Source of the DNA: Vicugna vicugna
Lineage: Eukaryota
NCBI GenBank assembly: GCA_013265495.1
Contig: MU058337.1
Coordinates: 4,210,880 to 4,274,879, forward strand
Direction: 5' to 3'
DNA: 64,000 nucleotides
Below the pieces are notes generated by a model that was not told where the DNA came from, searched no databases, and was given only the letters and a program-made list of their open reading frames with translations. Made by a program: the position numbers and the translations under genes. Shown here in pieces: positions 52,789-64,000 of the stretch (within the stretch, counting starts at the first letter, position 1; each line of letters begins with the position of its first letter).

Positions 52789-53883
52789 CATCAGATTCAC
52801 TTTCCTCAGAGTCGATTTCCGTTGGCTCCGTGGACTCTGGAACTGAAATTGAATCTCGGCCTGCAGATGCAGCGGTCTCATGTTCTTGGATGGTTTTCGA
52901 GACATGTTCACACGCTTTGGCATTAACTGATTCTACATTTCCCAAGTTACTTATTGTCTCAAAAGGGACACTTAGCACGTTACTCGATTCTTGCAAACTG
53001 GCAGTGTCAACGACTTCACAAGTAGGAATTTTTTCACATTCTGCTCCATGGTCACGTGAAAGAACAGAGGTATCAAATTTATCCTCAGGTGGAAGAATCT
53101 CTCGTTGTAACTCAAGCTCTCTGGTAAACGTTTCATTCCGTGATACAGAACTTGGAGTCATGGGAGGTGGTGGTGTTGGTTCTGCTCCACTCTGGAGCCC
53201 AGGGGCATCCCCAGGTGTCACCTCTACGCCTTCTAAAGGGACTAGATCCTTTCTGTCCTCTGGAGCCTCATCGCTCTTCTGAAAGGCTTCCTTCACCAGG
53301 TGAATGAATGACGTTTGTTCTTGCGGGATGCCGTGGCCTTGACAAAAGACAGTGCTCGGTACATGGGCTGGGTCTGCAGGCTCTTTCTCATCAGCAGCGC
53401 TGGTGACGCGCTCCTCACTGTCTGGATGAGGCACTGTCACCAGCAGCACTCCTTTCCCATCCCTCACTCTGGGCCCTTCGTCACTTTCTTCATCAGAACT
53501 GCTTGAGAGCAGCCTTCTCGCTCCTGACCCTCGTGTCTGCCCATGGTTCCTGGCACACACTTGCACGTCTTCATCTTCATCATCATCCAGAGCTTTCTGA
53601 ATAGCCAGGAGGGTCTGCGGTGACACCGAGCCTTCGGGCGCAGGGGCAGGCAGGCTCTTCCCGCCCGGCTGCCTCTGCTCCTCACTCTCTTCTGTGCTGC
53701 CTCCCAGCATAGCATCCTGCACGGCCAGGGAGGTTCCTGGAGAAGGAGGGGAAGGTTCGGGCTCTTTCTTTGGCTTCAGTTTTCCACATGGATATGACGT
53801 CACATCAGAAGACCTGCTGGGCACATCACTACAAGAAGGAAGAGATGCTGAATCCTCTTCTGCGACCTTCTTAGCTTGAATAC
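52789..53883 (-). CDS. ERCC5: ERCC5 exon 8 (large acidic, low-complexity spacer)
   Basis: 1095-nt open exon from (G)IQAKKVAEEDS through SVSPQTLLAIQKALDDDED to EIDSEESESD. Overlaps ORF 52751..53824; ctAG acceptor, GTaggt donor. Confidence 0.95.
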
Positions 53884-54189
53884 CTAGAGAAAAATTAAAA
53901 CATTCTCACCATGTAGTTTCACAGAGTGATAGCAGGCTTCTAGTGAGATGAACAAGAGCACAGGGGTTCTTCTAAATGAAGTTACACATTTCCATTTAAT
54001 CACAACTAAGAGTGAATCCGTTAACTGATTTTAAAGTGAGTTGGTACAATACTAGTTAATACATTAATGGCCTGTGTACATTATTATTACACTAATAATA
54101 AATAATCATAGTTAATAAATTAATAGGACTTCATATTATCTAGGGGTGGTAGTTTATAGAATTGAGAGACAACATATTTTTGGTTTTTA

Positions 54190-54426
<237 letters not shown>

Positions 54427-54814
54427 CTAAAGCAAAAGAAATAGATGTTTTTACATTAAATACAGATAATGTTCCCATATTTCCATCCCTTTCCCCCAGC
54501 GCAGATAAAGGACAACTGACTTTTTTTCATTAGTGGCATTTTCATACTAGGAAAGTAAAATTTGTATAGTAGGGAAAAGCTATGATTGCGTTGTTAAAGA
54601 ACAATCCTTCAAACAAAAAGAACTGGGCAGAAGAAAGGAAATCATGGATACTGTTAATGACTTAATCACTTGCTCAAAAAACATTTATTGAGTGTGTAAT
54701 GCATGCCAGGCACTGTGACATTTTGATTATGACCTAAGAGATAGACAATCTTTTAGAACGCAAGTGCCCAGCACAGCCCCTGGTCCATAAAGGACACACA
54801 GAAAGTCACTGCAG

Positions 54815-55050
54815 CCAGTTATTAACCTGATTTATAAAGCACTTCCTAAGTAAGGCATCCTTCTAAGTGTTTTTATACATGTTACCCCATTTTATTCTAA
54901 ACCACCGATGAGACAGATGTGATCATGTCCATTCTACAACCGAAGAAACTGAGACTGAAATAGCTTAAGTAAGCTCTCCAGAGCCTCACGGCTCGTTAAG
55001 CGGTAGATCTGGGGTCAAAAGCAGGTTGCTGAGCCTTATACTAAACTGCC
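54815..55050 (-). mobile_element. MIR fragment
   Basis: 'ccattctacaaccgaagaaactgagact...ttaagtaa' core. Confidence 0.65.
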
Positions 55051-56316
55051 TCTATTACTATTACAATTATTACTCTTTTTAATTACCAACATTACTATTA
55101 TCAACATTGCATTTGCCCAATGTACAGACAGGGCAAAGGTCCAGCTTGTATGACTCAGAACTCCCCTCAGCCGCCAGGATGACAGAGCCAGGAGCTGTGC
55201 ACCCTGCCACCCTGGCCCCCCAGTCCCAGAGGCTCTGTGGTGGCAGAAAGAGAATCAAGCGGAGCACATTTTCAGGGACCGTCTCTCTCTCTCTCCCATC
55301 CCTCCCACTGTTGTTTATTTAATCCAAATCCTACTTCCTCAAAGACCAGCCAGAGACCCTTTCATGCTCAAGAAATAAAATGCCTGATTGACAGACTGAG
55401 CCCAGATTTTCCCCCTGAAATGAAAATAAATTTTCTTCTGTCTTTTATATATTACTTCTGTACACCTTAGCATTTTCCTACGTTCACGTTCTTTTGTGGA
55501 AAAGCAGAAAGGGGCGATGGGGAAATCAGCTCCTGCCTTTTTCATATATTTGGTATCAATTTAAGAAATGTTCAAAAGTCTGTAGAAAAAACATCCACTC
55601 GTTAGGAATAGTAACGCTGCAAGATTTATATTCTGTCCTACAGTGAGTTAAGGGAGAAAGATGCCAGAAAGAATAGGCTGTACGAGCAGGAAGGAAAACA
55701 AAACTCATTCACCAACGAGAGGCAGCGATCCGTGGTGCAGCACGACCAGGAGACAGGCTCAACACTACCCAGCTCCACAGACCACCTCACTCCAGGGTTC
55801 CGTGGCTGTGAAGCCACCACCACATGCTCCAGGTTGAGGAATTTACCACCAAACTCCCTATTACCATTGTCCAGAAGGAGGAAGAGGGAAGATGGAGATC
55901 CAACTGCATTTCTAGGGCTGCAGAGGAAGAGATCCTGCAGTTTCACGTCAGAACAAACTTCTCCGCTGTGATTAGGTTCTTATTACTGTTAATTCTACAA
56001 CGTACACTATGGGTCAACATAACCTCTATGAACTAACCTAAGAATTGGCCCACTAAGCGTACACTGGGCACTTACTGTGTGAAAGATACTGAACTGAGTG
56101 CTGAAAAGACAGAGGTGAGCGAGGATGCTAAGAATATGCAGAGACACTCCGGGTGCTATGAGAACACAGAGCAGGAGGCAAGACCTGGTCTTGGGTGGAA
56201 AGCCAAGAAAGGCCTCTTTCAAAAAGTATATAAAAGTTCAAACTCATAAATATATGATGCTTCATAGGATCTCTGAGATACACAAATGCTGTTTCCTGCA
56301 AACGGATATCGTATCA

Positions 56317-56631
<315 letters not shown>

Positions 56632-57766
56632 TTATAACCAGAGTCTTCCATGATCTGCAATAGGCTAACCACATTATCTGCAGTAGACATCAAAGTGAGT
56701 AAGCAGATTAGGGAACATATCCATTCACTCATCCATTCATTCAAAACAAAAAATACCTAACAGGCATCTCTAATGTGCTAGGCTCTGTTTGAGGTGCCAA
56801 GGTGCCAAGCCACATACGGTCCCTACTCTTAGGTGTAGAGAAAGACATATGATAAACAAATAAATGAACATGATGATGATGAGAAAACAAAGCAGGTTGA
56901 CCTGACATGACAGTTGATTAGAAGAAAAGGAAGAGAAAAACATTTATTTGATAGAAAACACCCTACTAAATATAATGACCTGTGAGCAGGGACATGAAAG
57001 ACATCAAAAACCTGCTCAGGGACAGAGCATCCCAGGCTGCAGGAAAGGCAAATGCAAAGGCCCCGGGGCAGAGATGAGCCTTGTGAATCTGAACAATATT
57101 TATTATCCCCTCAATTAAATGAGCTTTGTTTTGCACCTAAAATCGAAAGTGAAATTAAAAGTGAGAAATTCCACAGACCTGGAAAGTGTAAAATCTTTCT
57201 AAATTTCAACTAATTAGCAAAATATTTATAAAACTCTTCATTAGTAAAGAGAATAAAATAAAATAATGTGCCTCCCTGTATGTATGTGTGTTGTGTGTGT
57301 GCATAAAGCAGCGAGCGCTTAGGACAGCCAGTCATATCGTCAGGGCTTCCCGTGCTTTCCCTCAGTAATGCTCCCATCACCCCTCCAAGGAAGGCATCAA
57401 TGTTACTTTTGTTTAAAAATAAGGAAATAAAGCCTTGGAGAAGTTAAATTGTCTAAGATCTCACAACCAGTGAGCAGGAGCCTGGAACTAACTGCAGGTC
57501 CTTCTGACCACATGGTCCATGGTCTTCTCCCAAGATCACTCTCACTTCTGCATTAATAATGCAGGACCTCCCTGAGTTGAAGAATCTTGCAGTTTTAGCT
57601 CAAAAGTCTTCTATCAGATGTACCAGAATAATATGAACACACAAGAAATAGTGAGCTTGGGAATCAAAGAAAGTTACCCACTATTCTGAGAAACTTGGGA
57701 AAATTTTCAAAAACTTAAATCTATAGTACAACTTCAATTTGTAAAAATGTTATTCATTAAAATAAG

Positions 57767-58232
57767 TGTGGTGGTGGTTTTGAAGCAAGTCCACAGGTTG
57801 TCTGACCCTCTTCTTGTCTAGTTCCCCTCCCATTAAGTAGGGGCTGGCCTAAACCAGCTGCTGATGGAAGAATGTAGTGGAAGGGAGGCTACACCATCCC
57901 CAAAGCTGGCCGGAAAAGGCAGCCCGGGTCCTGGGGGCACTTCCTCGTGGGCCGCCCGCCCTGGGAACACATTGCCAAGCTGTGCAAGACCTCAGGCCAC
58001 ATGGAGAGGCCACAGACAGGTGTCCTGGCTGACAGCCAGTGTCAGTCACCGGGCACGTGGGTAAGGAGGCTTCTGAGGAGACTCCGACCCCAGCTAGTCG
58101 GACTGCATCTGCCTGGGAGATGCTGAGAGGGAAGTGCCTCTCTGAGCTCATCAACCCCCAGAACAGTGAGAGAGGACGATGATAGAAGACCACTGTCACA
58201 CCTGTGAGTTACACAGCAGTAGGTTAACTACA
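57767..58232. mobile_element. MLT1-like MaLR LTR
   Basis: Starts tgtggt; 'ctggctgacagccag', ends 'gttacacagcagtaggttaactaca'. Confidence 0.6.
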
Positions 58233-58679
58233 GCACATGCACAAACATGCATCTTTGTGTATATATATGTATCCATGCACCCTTGATAGATACACACTCA
58301 CCCAAACACACACACAGGTACTCAACTATTTAGGGGTAGGTGGGATACTAACATACAGCAAAATGTTAACGGAAGTTATTAATAGGTAATATGCTTTCCA
58401 TATTTTTTATACAAGCATTTATATGTATTTATTGGTTACAAAAGAAAGGTGGCTTATTTTGGGTATCTAGATATGCATAATTCCATATATACATGTATGA
58501 ACATATGTGTATTTTATACACACACACATATGCATACATACATAAACACACAATAAAGAAGGCATCTGTCTTTCTTATCAAGAATGTTCATAAATTCATA
58601 CTATCTCATTAAAATTATTCATTTTCATGTTCTTCATTTCAAACAGAATAACTCCTGAACTCAAAAACTATTTCCATAC

Positions 58680-58740
58680 CTGCAATGCTTGTTTTTGATT
58701 CATTCTTTCTTGCCATTCTTTTTCATCTTCCTCTTCTGAA
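58680..58740 (-). CDS. ERCC5: ERCC5 exon 5
   Basis: SEEEDEKEWQERMNQKQALQ. 61 nt; tttcAG acceptor, GTatgg donor. Confidence 0.95.
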
Positions 58741-59653
58741 CTGAAAGTCAAGCATACAAATATACACTTACAGCATCTATGATTTAACGACTACTCACAA
58801 AAATATTTCTTGAGCACAAGGCGCTGTTGTTACAGAAGCCACAACGGTGAACAAGCTGGCAAGGGGTGTGCCGTCACTGGCCGCATTACGGTGGGGACAC
58901 TTGTAGGTGAAAAGTCACAGTATGACCTAATACCTTCCATCGCAAGGGCAGAGCAGGTTGCCAGAGGTGCAATAAAGAGTCACCCCACCCCAATCTGGGG
59001 GGTCATGCAAGCTCTCTGAAATCTCCTGCAACTGTATTGCTTGGAGAAGCATGTGATTAAGGGGTTGAAGTTCTGTCCTGAAGAAATGAGAAGCTAGGGA
59101 GTATTTTAAGAAGGAAATGACAATATCAGGTTTGAGTTTGAACAGATTCAACACTTACAAAACAGGGAATGGGCTTGGCAGGGAGGGGCTCCTGCAAAAG
59201 GGTAAGATCAGAGACAGAGAAAGAAGTGTGGGAGCCAGGATGGTAACCTCGACACCAGATGATGGTGGCAGTGGAGATGCAAAAGCTGCTTGGCATCACA
59301 GGAGCCCCTGGAAACAGAATGGGGGCAGGTGGGGGACAGAGGCAAACTGGCCCTCCCCTGCACTTCGACCAGAGAAGCTGCTGACACTTAACAGCCAGCT
59401 GCAGGAAGAGCAGCCAGCGAGGTTCCCACGCAGCAGGACAGTGCGGGCGCTGTGTTCAGCTGGGAACTGCAGAGTGCCCACTGGATTTAGCAAAGACGAT
59501 TTAGCAATTTTGTCTTTAAAAATAATCTAAACAGTGTCAAGAATGCTTATTTCAGATGCATTAATTCCCACATGCCTTATCATGTAGGCAAAACATAAAG
59601 GTTTATGTCTGTCTGAATACAGCAGTAACATTTTAAAGAGTTAAAACATTTAC

Positions 59654-59740
59654 CTGTCTTTCTCTTTCTCCTGTAAAGGTGGCAAAGCATAGATGTCGTC
59701 ATCTCTTTGAACTTGAGTAAGACTGGGGAGTGCTTCCTCC
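59654..59740 (-). CDS. ERCC5: ERCC5 exon 4
   Basis: [28 protein letters not shown](S). 87 nt with AG/GT boundaries; phase matches exons 3 and 5. Confidence 0.95.
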
Positions 59741-60219
59741 CTGAAAAGGACACCGAGCCTTAAACAGATGACAGGAAGTAGTATTTTGAGAGTCAGTAAC
59801 ACCCCCCAATTAACCACACAGACCCTGCAGAGGAGAGAAGGGGGCACATGGGGGCGACAGGTTCCACCCCACTGGCTGCCCAAGCCGCTGCTGTGGCAAG
59901 AAGCATACAGGCAGCCTCGAGAAACAGGGGACCTGGTGCCGCCTCTCAGGGTCCGGCAGGAAGAAGAGCCGTTAATGTCAGGTATGCATGCAGGGCAACC
60001 CTGCGGCTTTCCTTCTCGCTGTCAAAGCTGATTCTCAAGGAGCAGAGAATTTTCACCACTTCTGTTTCCCAGACCAAAAGGAGATCCCACTGATTCCTCT
60101 CATTTCACCCTCTATTTTCTACTTGCGATTAAAACTGGGGAAAGGGAGCCCTGAGAATCCAATGTAAACATAAAAGATGTTTAAATTCATCTTTGAAATG
60201 AATGTAATTCCCCTCTTGC

Positions 60220-60335
60220 CTTTTGCTTTTTAAGGCAGTTTTGATGACTTGTCTTTTCAAGAATGTTTTCAGAAGCTTCTCTGTAGTTTTTTTGGAGTCA
60301 GTGGATGCCAAGTCCTTCCTATGCCTCCTCTTAGC
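60220..60335 (-). CDS. ERCC5: ERCC5 exon 3
   Basis: [38 protein letters not shown](R). 116 nt; acceptor catAG, donor AAG|GCaaga (GC donor). Confidence 0.95.
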
Positions 60336-60879
60336 CTATGAAAAGATACAGGATTTTACTTCAAGGTATTAGTATATCAGAAACATATACAGTGTGAAAA
60401 TGCAGTGTCTGAGGGTTTTTTCCCCATGGAATTTGGTTTGTCTGAGTTTTCAGACTCTGGCTGTTTCAGTATTTTCCAATTGCCATATGAGTGAATGTCT
60501 TCAGGTTTCTGCTGTGTAAAGGACACCCAGAGTTTCCAACCATTACTGAATGGATTGACTATTACACTATATTAGTTTACTTTCAGTTATTTTTAAATGT
60601 CCTTTAATGTCCCCAAGAAGCCTAAAACTTAATGATATATAATTAAGTAAATGCTTCTCAAAATGGATTATTACACCACTGTCATGCCAAAACCAATTTC
60701 CAATGTCAGTTTTTATAGAAGTACATTACTTATATGTAATCCACATTCAAGACTATGTCATAAGAAATCCTAAAATTTATAGAAATACCTTGTAAGAAAT
60801 GTCCAAACAGGGAAAAATGGAATAGTCTCCATACTTATGATTGAATATAGATATTCTCTATACCAAAACATTCTTTTCC

Positions 60880-61009
60880 TTTCTTTTTTTTAATTGTGAT
60901 GTAATTGACATATAGCATCATGTAAGTTTAAGGCAGACAGCGTGTTGATCTGATACATTTAGATATTGCAGTGTGATCACTACAGTAAGGCTAGCTAGTA
61001 CCTCTATCC
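60880..61009 (-). mobile_element. L1 3' terminal fragment, reverse orientation
   Basis: Poly(T) followed by 'taattgacatatagcatcatgtaagtttaagg'. Confidence 0.65.
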
Positions 61010-61881
61010 TGGGGTGGGAGAACCAGAAAGACGTTAAACAGCACAAAGTTGCAACTACGAGACAGTAAGTTCTGAAGTTCTTTCCCTTTCTGATCCTTCC
61101 AAAGAGTACCTGATATAGAGTATGCCTTGGATAATTAAAAACTGCATCTGAATAGTCTAGACCTTTCGCTGAGGCCACAAATGTTCCCAAGCATTTACAA
61201 ATCCTTACTTTTGCCCTGTGTCCTCAGTTCAACAGTATCTGTCTGATACAGTGATAAGGTGATGAGCTGACCTTTTCAACATATAAAAGTCCTATATTTA
61301 AACGGTGCTGTCATTGGGGGCACACACGATTAGTCCAAAGCACAACATTGTTCCAACATTGTTTTAAATGACTTTCAGAATAAGGAAATTCATTCTCATT
61401 CTTTTACACCCTGTCCAATTTCCTTCCTTAATCTACTTTAATCACATTTGGTGCCATTAAAGCATTGCTCACTCCTGACATCCAATTCACCTTTAAAAGA
61501 AGGCTCACTGTCTCAGAGGGTGCGCCAGCTCTGCTCAGGGAGGTGTTTCCCTATGATGCTCTGAGCAACAGCAATGTGGCGAGAGCAGCTGGAGAACAGC
61601 TAAGGAGACACTCTGAAGGGAAAACTCCCGACTGTAACATTAGTAGTTTTATTACGACTTAAATTTTATCATTGCACCCATAATACACTTTCAGAAACAA
61701 ACACTTTTTTTAAAAAGAAAAAGCGTCTATTGGCTCAAGATAGTTTTTTTAAAGTTGAATTAAATTGAATATATGTCAAATTAAGTCTTGGTTTCCAAAA
61801 TTCTCAGGAGAAAATTTAAATTTTACATGAACTTTTCTTTCTTTCTAAGAATGCAGAAAGAAAAACACAGATAACTCTCAC

Positions 61882-62057
61882 CAGAGTCTGTTTCTTTAAT
61901 AGTGGAGCGTCCCCATCAAACACAAAAATAGGACGAATTCGAAAAAATAAGAGTTTGCAGAGCCGATGAAACAAAGTGAGAAGATGAGCATTTTCTATTG
62001 AGTTCCCATGGCGATCCCGGACTCCTTTAAGTGCTTGGTTTAACCAAATGCTAATAT
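61882..62057 (-). CDS. ERCC5: ERCC5/XPG exon 2 (N-terminal nuclease region)
   Basis: Encodes (D)[58 protein letters not shown], including the FEN1/XPG-family FVFDG motif. 176 nt, flanked by ttctAG and GTgaga. Confidence 0.97.
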
Positions 62058-62874
62058 CTAGAAGAATAGTTAATGGAAAACATTTTGCAATTCTTCCCTC
62101 ATCTTCACAATTTCAAATTCCTAATGCCTGATATCAACCAAACATTGAAACTGAGCCCTCATCACAACTCACTTGAAACCGAAAAATGTTGAGCCCTGAT
62201 GGAATCTGCCTAAAATCAGGTAAGTTTATGTGAACCCATTACCACTATTTACATCCTGAATTTTAAAATCTTACAGAGATATATAGGTCATTTAAAAAGT
62301 CTAACTGCAAAGAACTGCTTCTTTAAAAAAAAAAAAAAAACAGCAAACAAAAAACTACCAACCTGTATGGAATTTTAGTAAATTAACACAACTCTTTTGG
62401 AGAACAATTTGGCAATTCATAGCAAAAAACTTAAAAACTTGCATTCTATTTTACGTAAGAATTCCACTTCTAGACATTTATCCTCAGGAAATCATCACAG
62501 ACTTACAATAAGAGTTACTTATAAGAATGTTTGTTAATAATACTGAAAATATGAAGAATCATTTAAAAGTCTTCTAACAGATCTTTTTTAATGAAATTAT
62601 ACTGATTTGCTGGAACCCAAGGATCCCTTAAAAATGGAAATTGCAGAAGCACCTAAGGAAGACGGTCACAAATTATTAAAGGAAGCAAAACAGGTTACAA
62701 AAGTATGGAAAGTATAATTCTATTTTGTAACATATGCAGTATGTTAAATAGTAAAAAACAAAGCTCAGACATCGAAATATTAAGGGGAGTGATCTTCTGC
62801 TGTGATTACAACAGATTTACATTTTCTTCTTGGCATTTTCTTATACTTTAAAGCTTTACTAAAGAACACTTATT

Positions 62875-62997
62875 GGGGGAGAGTATAGCTCAAGTGATAG
62901 AGTGCATGCTTAGCATGCATGAGGTCGTGGGTTCAATCCCTGGTACCTCCTCCAAAAATAAATAAATAAATCTAATTACCCCCAAAAAAATATTTTA
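62875..62997 (+). mobile_element. tRNA-derived SINE (vic-1-like)
   Basis: Full head and tail; TSD aaagaacactt at 62861-62871 and 62998-63008. Confidence 0.9.
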
Positions 62998-64000
62998 AAA
63001 GAACACTTTTTAACAGGTTATTTTCTCTTTGCTCTTAAGAGAGGGGCACAGCAGTCTGCTGGTTTCTCTGCTCTCTGTCTCTCTGCCAGCTCCTCTGACC
63101 CACCGTTCAGGTGTTGACTTTGGCAGTGACCACTCTCAGGCCCTCTCCTTTCCTCCCATCTGCACTGGCTACCAGGCTACTGCAGCCCCACAATGTCTCT
63201 GTAGTGAAGACCCTTGGAAAGCTTCCCACTGCCTGTAGGATGATATCCAAAACGTCTTCCCACCACCTAAGAATCCCTGAATGATCTGCCCTCTGCTCCC
63301 TTCTCCTGTCTCATGTCAAGCCACTGGGCTTCCCTCAAACCCTGGAAACCACTAAGCTCATTCCTGCCTCCAGGGTCTTCCCACAGGCTCCTTCCCAGCC
63401 TGAATCAGTTCTTCCATCTCTCAGCCTAGTGACCTCCTACTCTTACGTCTCGGTCTACAGGTCACTCCCTCAGCCGAGATTAAGACCTCCAATTATACAC
63501 TCCTATTCAAAAACATCTTGCTTATTATGTGGCAGAAATATTTCTCTGCACGGGGGATACAGCACTGAATAAAACAAAGTGTCTCCCCTAATGGAGTTTA
63601 CAATCTAGTCAGGGGAAAATCCAGACTCTGAGCTCCATGACTTGTCTAAACCATACTGTTGTGCACTGCTCTCCCTCATCCAGAGCACAGAGGAGACAAC
63701 AAAGGTCTGCTATCAAATGAGCTGAACAGTTCCATATTTAAATGAATGCACATTACCTAACTTACCATAAAAAATTAGGCCCATCAACAATTAATGTAAT
63801 AAACATTACATAACAAAATAACTAGTGGAAAGCAAGCTATTCTTATATTCATTCCTACATTTGAGTACTACTTCATGTCAGGGATTTCCAAGATCCTAGG
63901 GATAACAATGAACAATACAGCCATGAACAAAACAGATACGGTCCTTATCCCTAAGAAACTTGCATTCTAGTGGGGAAGACAATGAAAATCAAGTAATAGA

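Noticed and set aside
62875..62955. tRNA-Ala gene (and the six similar copies)
   Set aside because: The copies have divergent heads and A-rich tails, most have TSDs and several share a SINE tail motif, so they are retroposed SINEs rather than tRNA genes.
63000..64000. ERCC5 exon 1 and promoter
   Set aside because: No MGVQGLW-type exon or CpG island is present; this stretch looks like L2-type repeat sequence, so exon 1 lies beyond the window.

Overview
Mammalian genomic DNA, most likely camelid, judged from seven copies of a tRNA(Ala)-derived SINE resembling vic-1. Two protein-coding genes lie in tandem on the minus strand. (1) ERCC5/XPG exons 2-15 (62057 down to the stop at 40478; exon 1 is outside the window). 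I placed all splice junctions by hand and the frame is continuous; the gene has a GC-AG intron 3 and a U12-type AT-AT intron 13. (2) An apparently intact METTL21E lysine methyltransferase gene (35210 down to 19845); the human orthologue METTL21EP is annotated as a pseudogene. It includes a candidate 54-nt in-frame exon that the ORF track misses. The first 19 kb has no recognisable coding gene. It contains two CpG-rich, promoter-like islands (about 11.7-13.1 kb and 16.8-17.9 kb), a CTCF-like motif and many old repeats (L1, L2, MIR, MLT1, MER2, MER5A). Several retrotransposition events can be read directly from their target-site duplications (TSDs). I found no evidence for a wholly new multi-gene system. 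The best leads are the non-canonical splicing of ERCC5, the 5' architecture of METTL21E, possible ERCC5-METTL21E read-through, and a possible unannotated spliced transcript from the 12 kb island. Repeat family names and boundaries are by-eye estimates.
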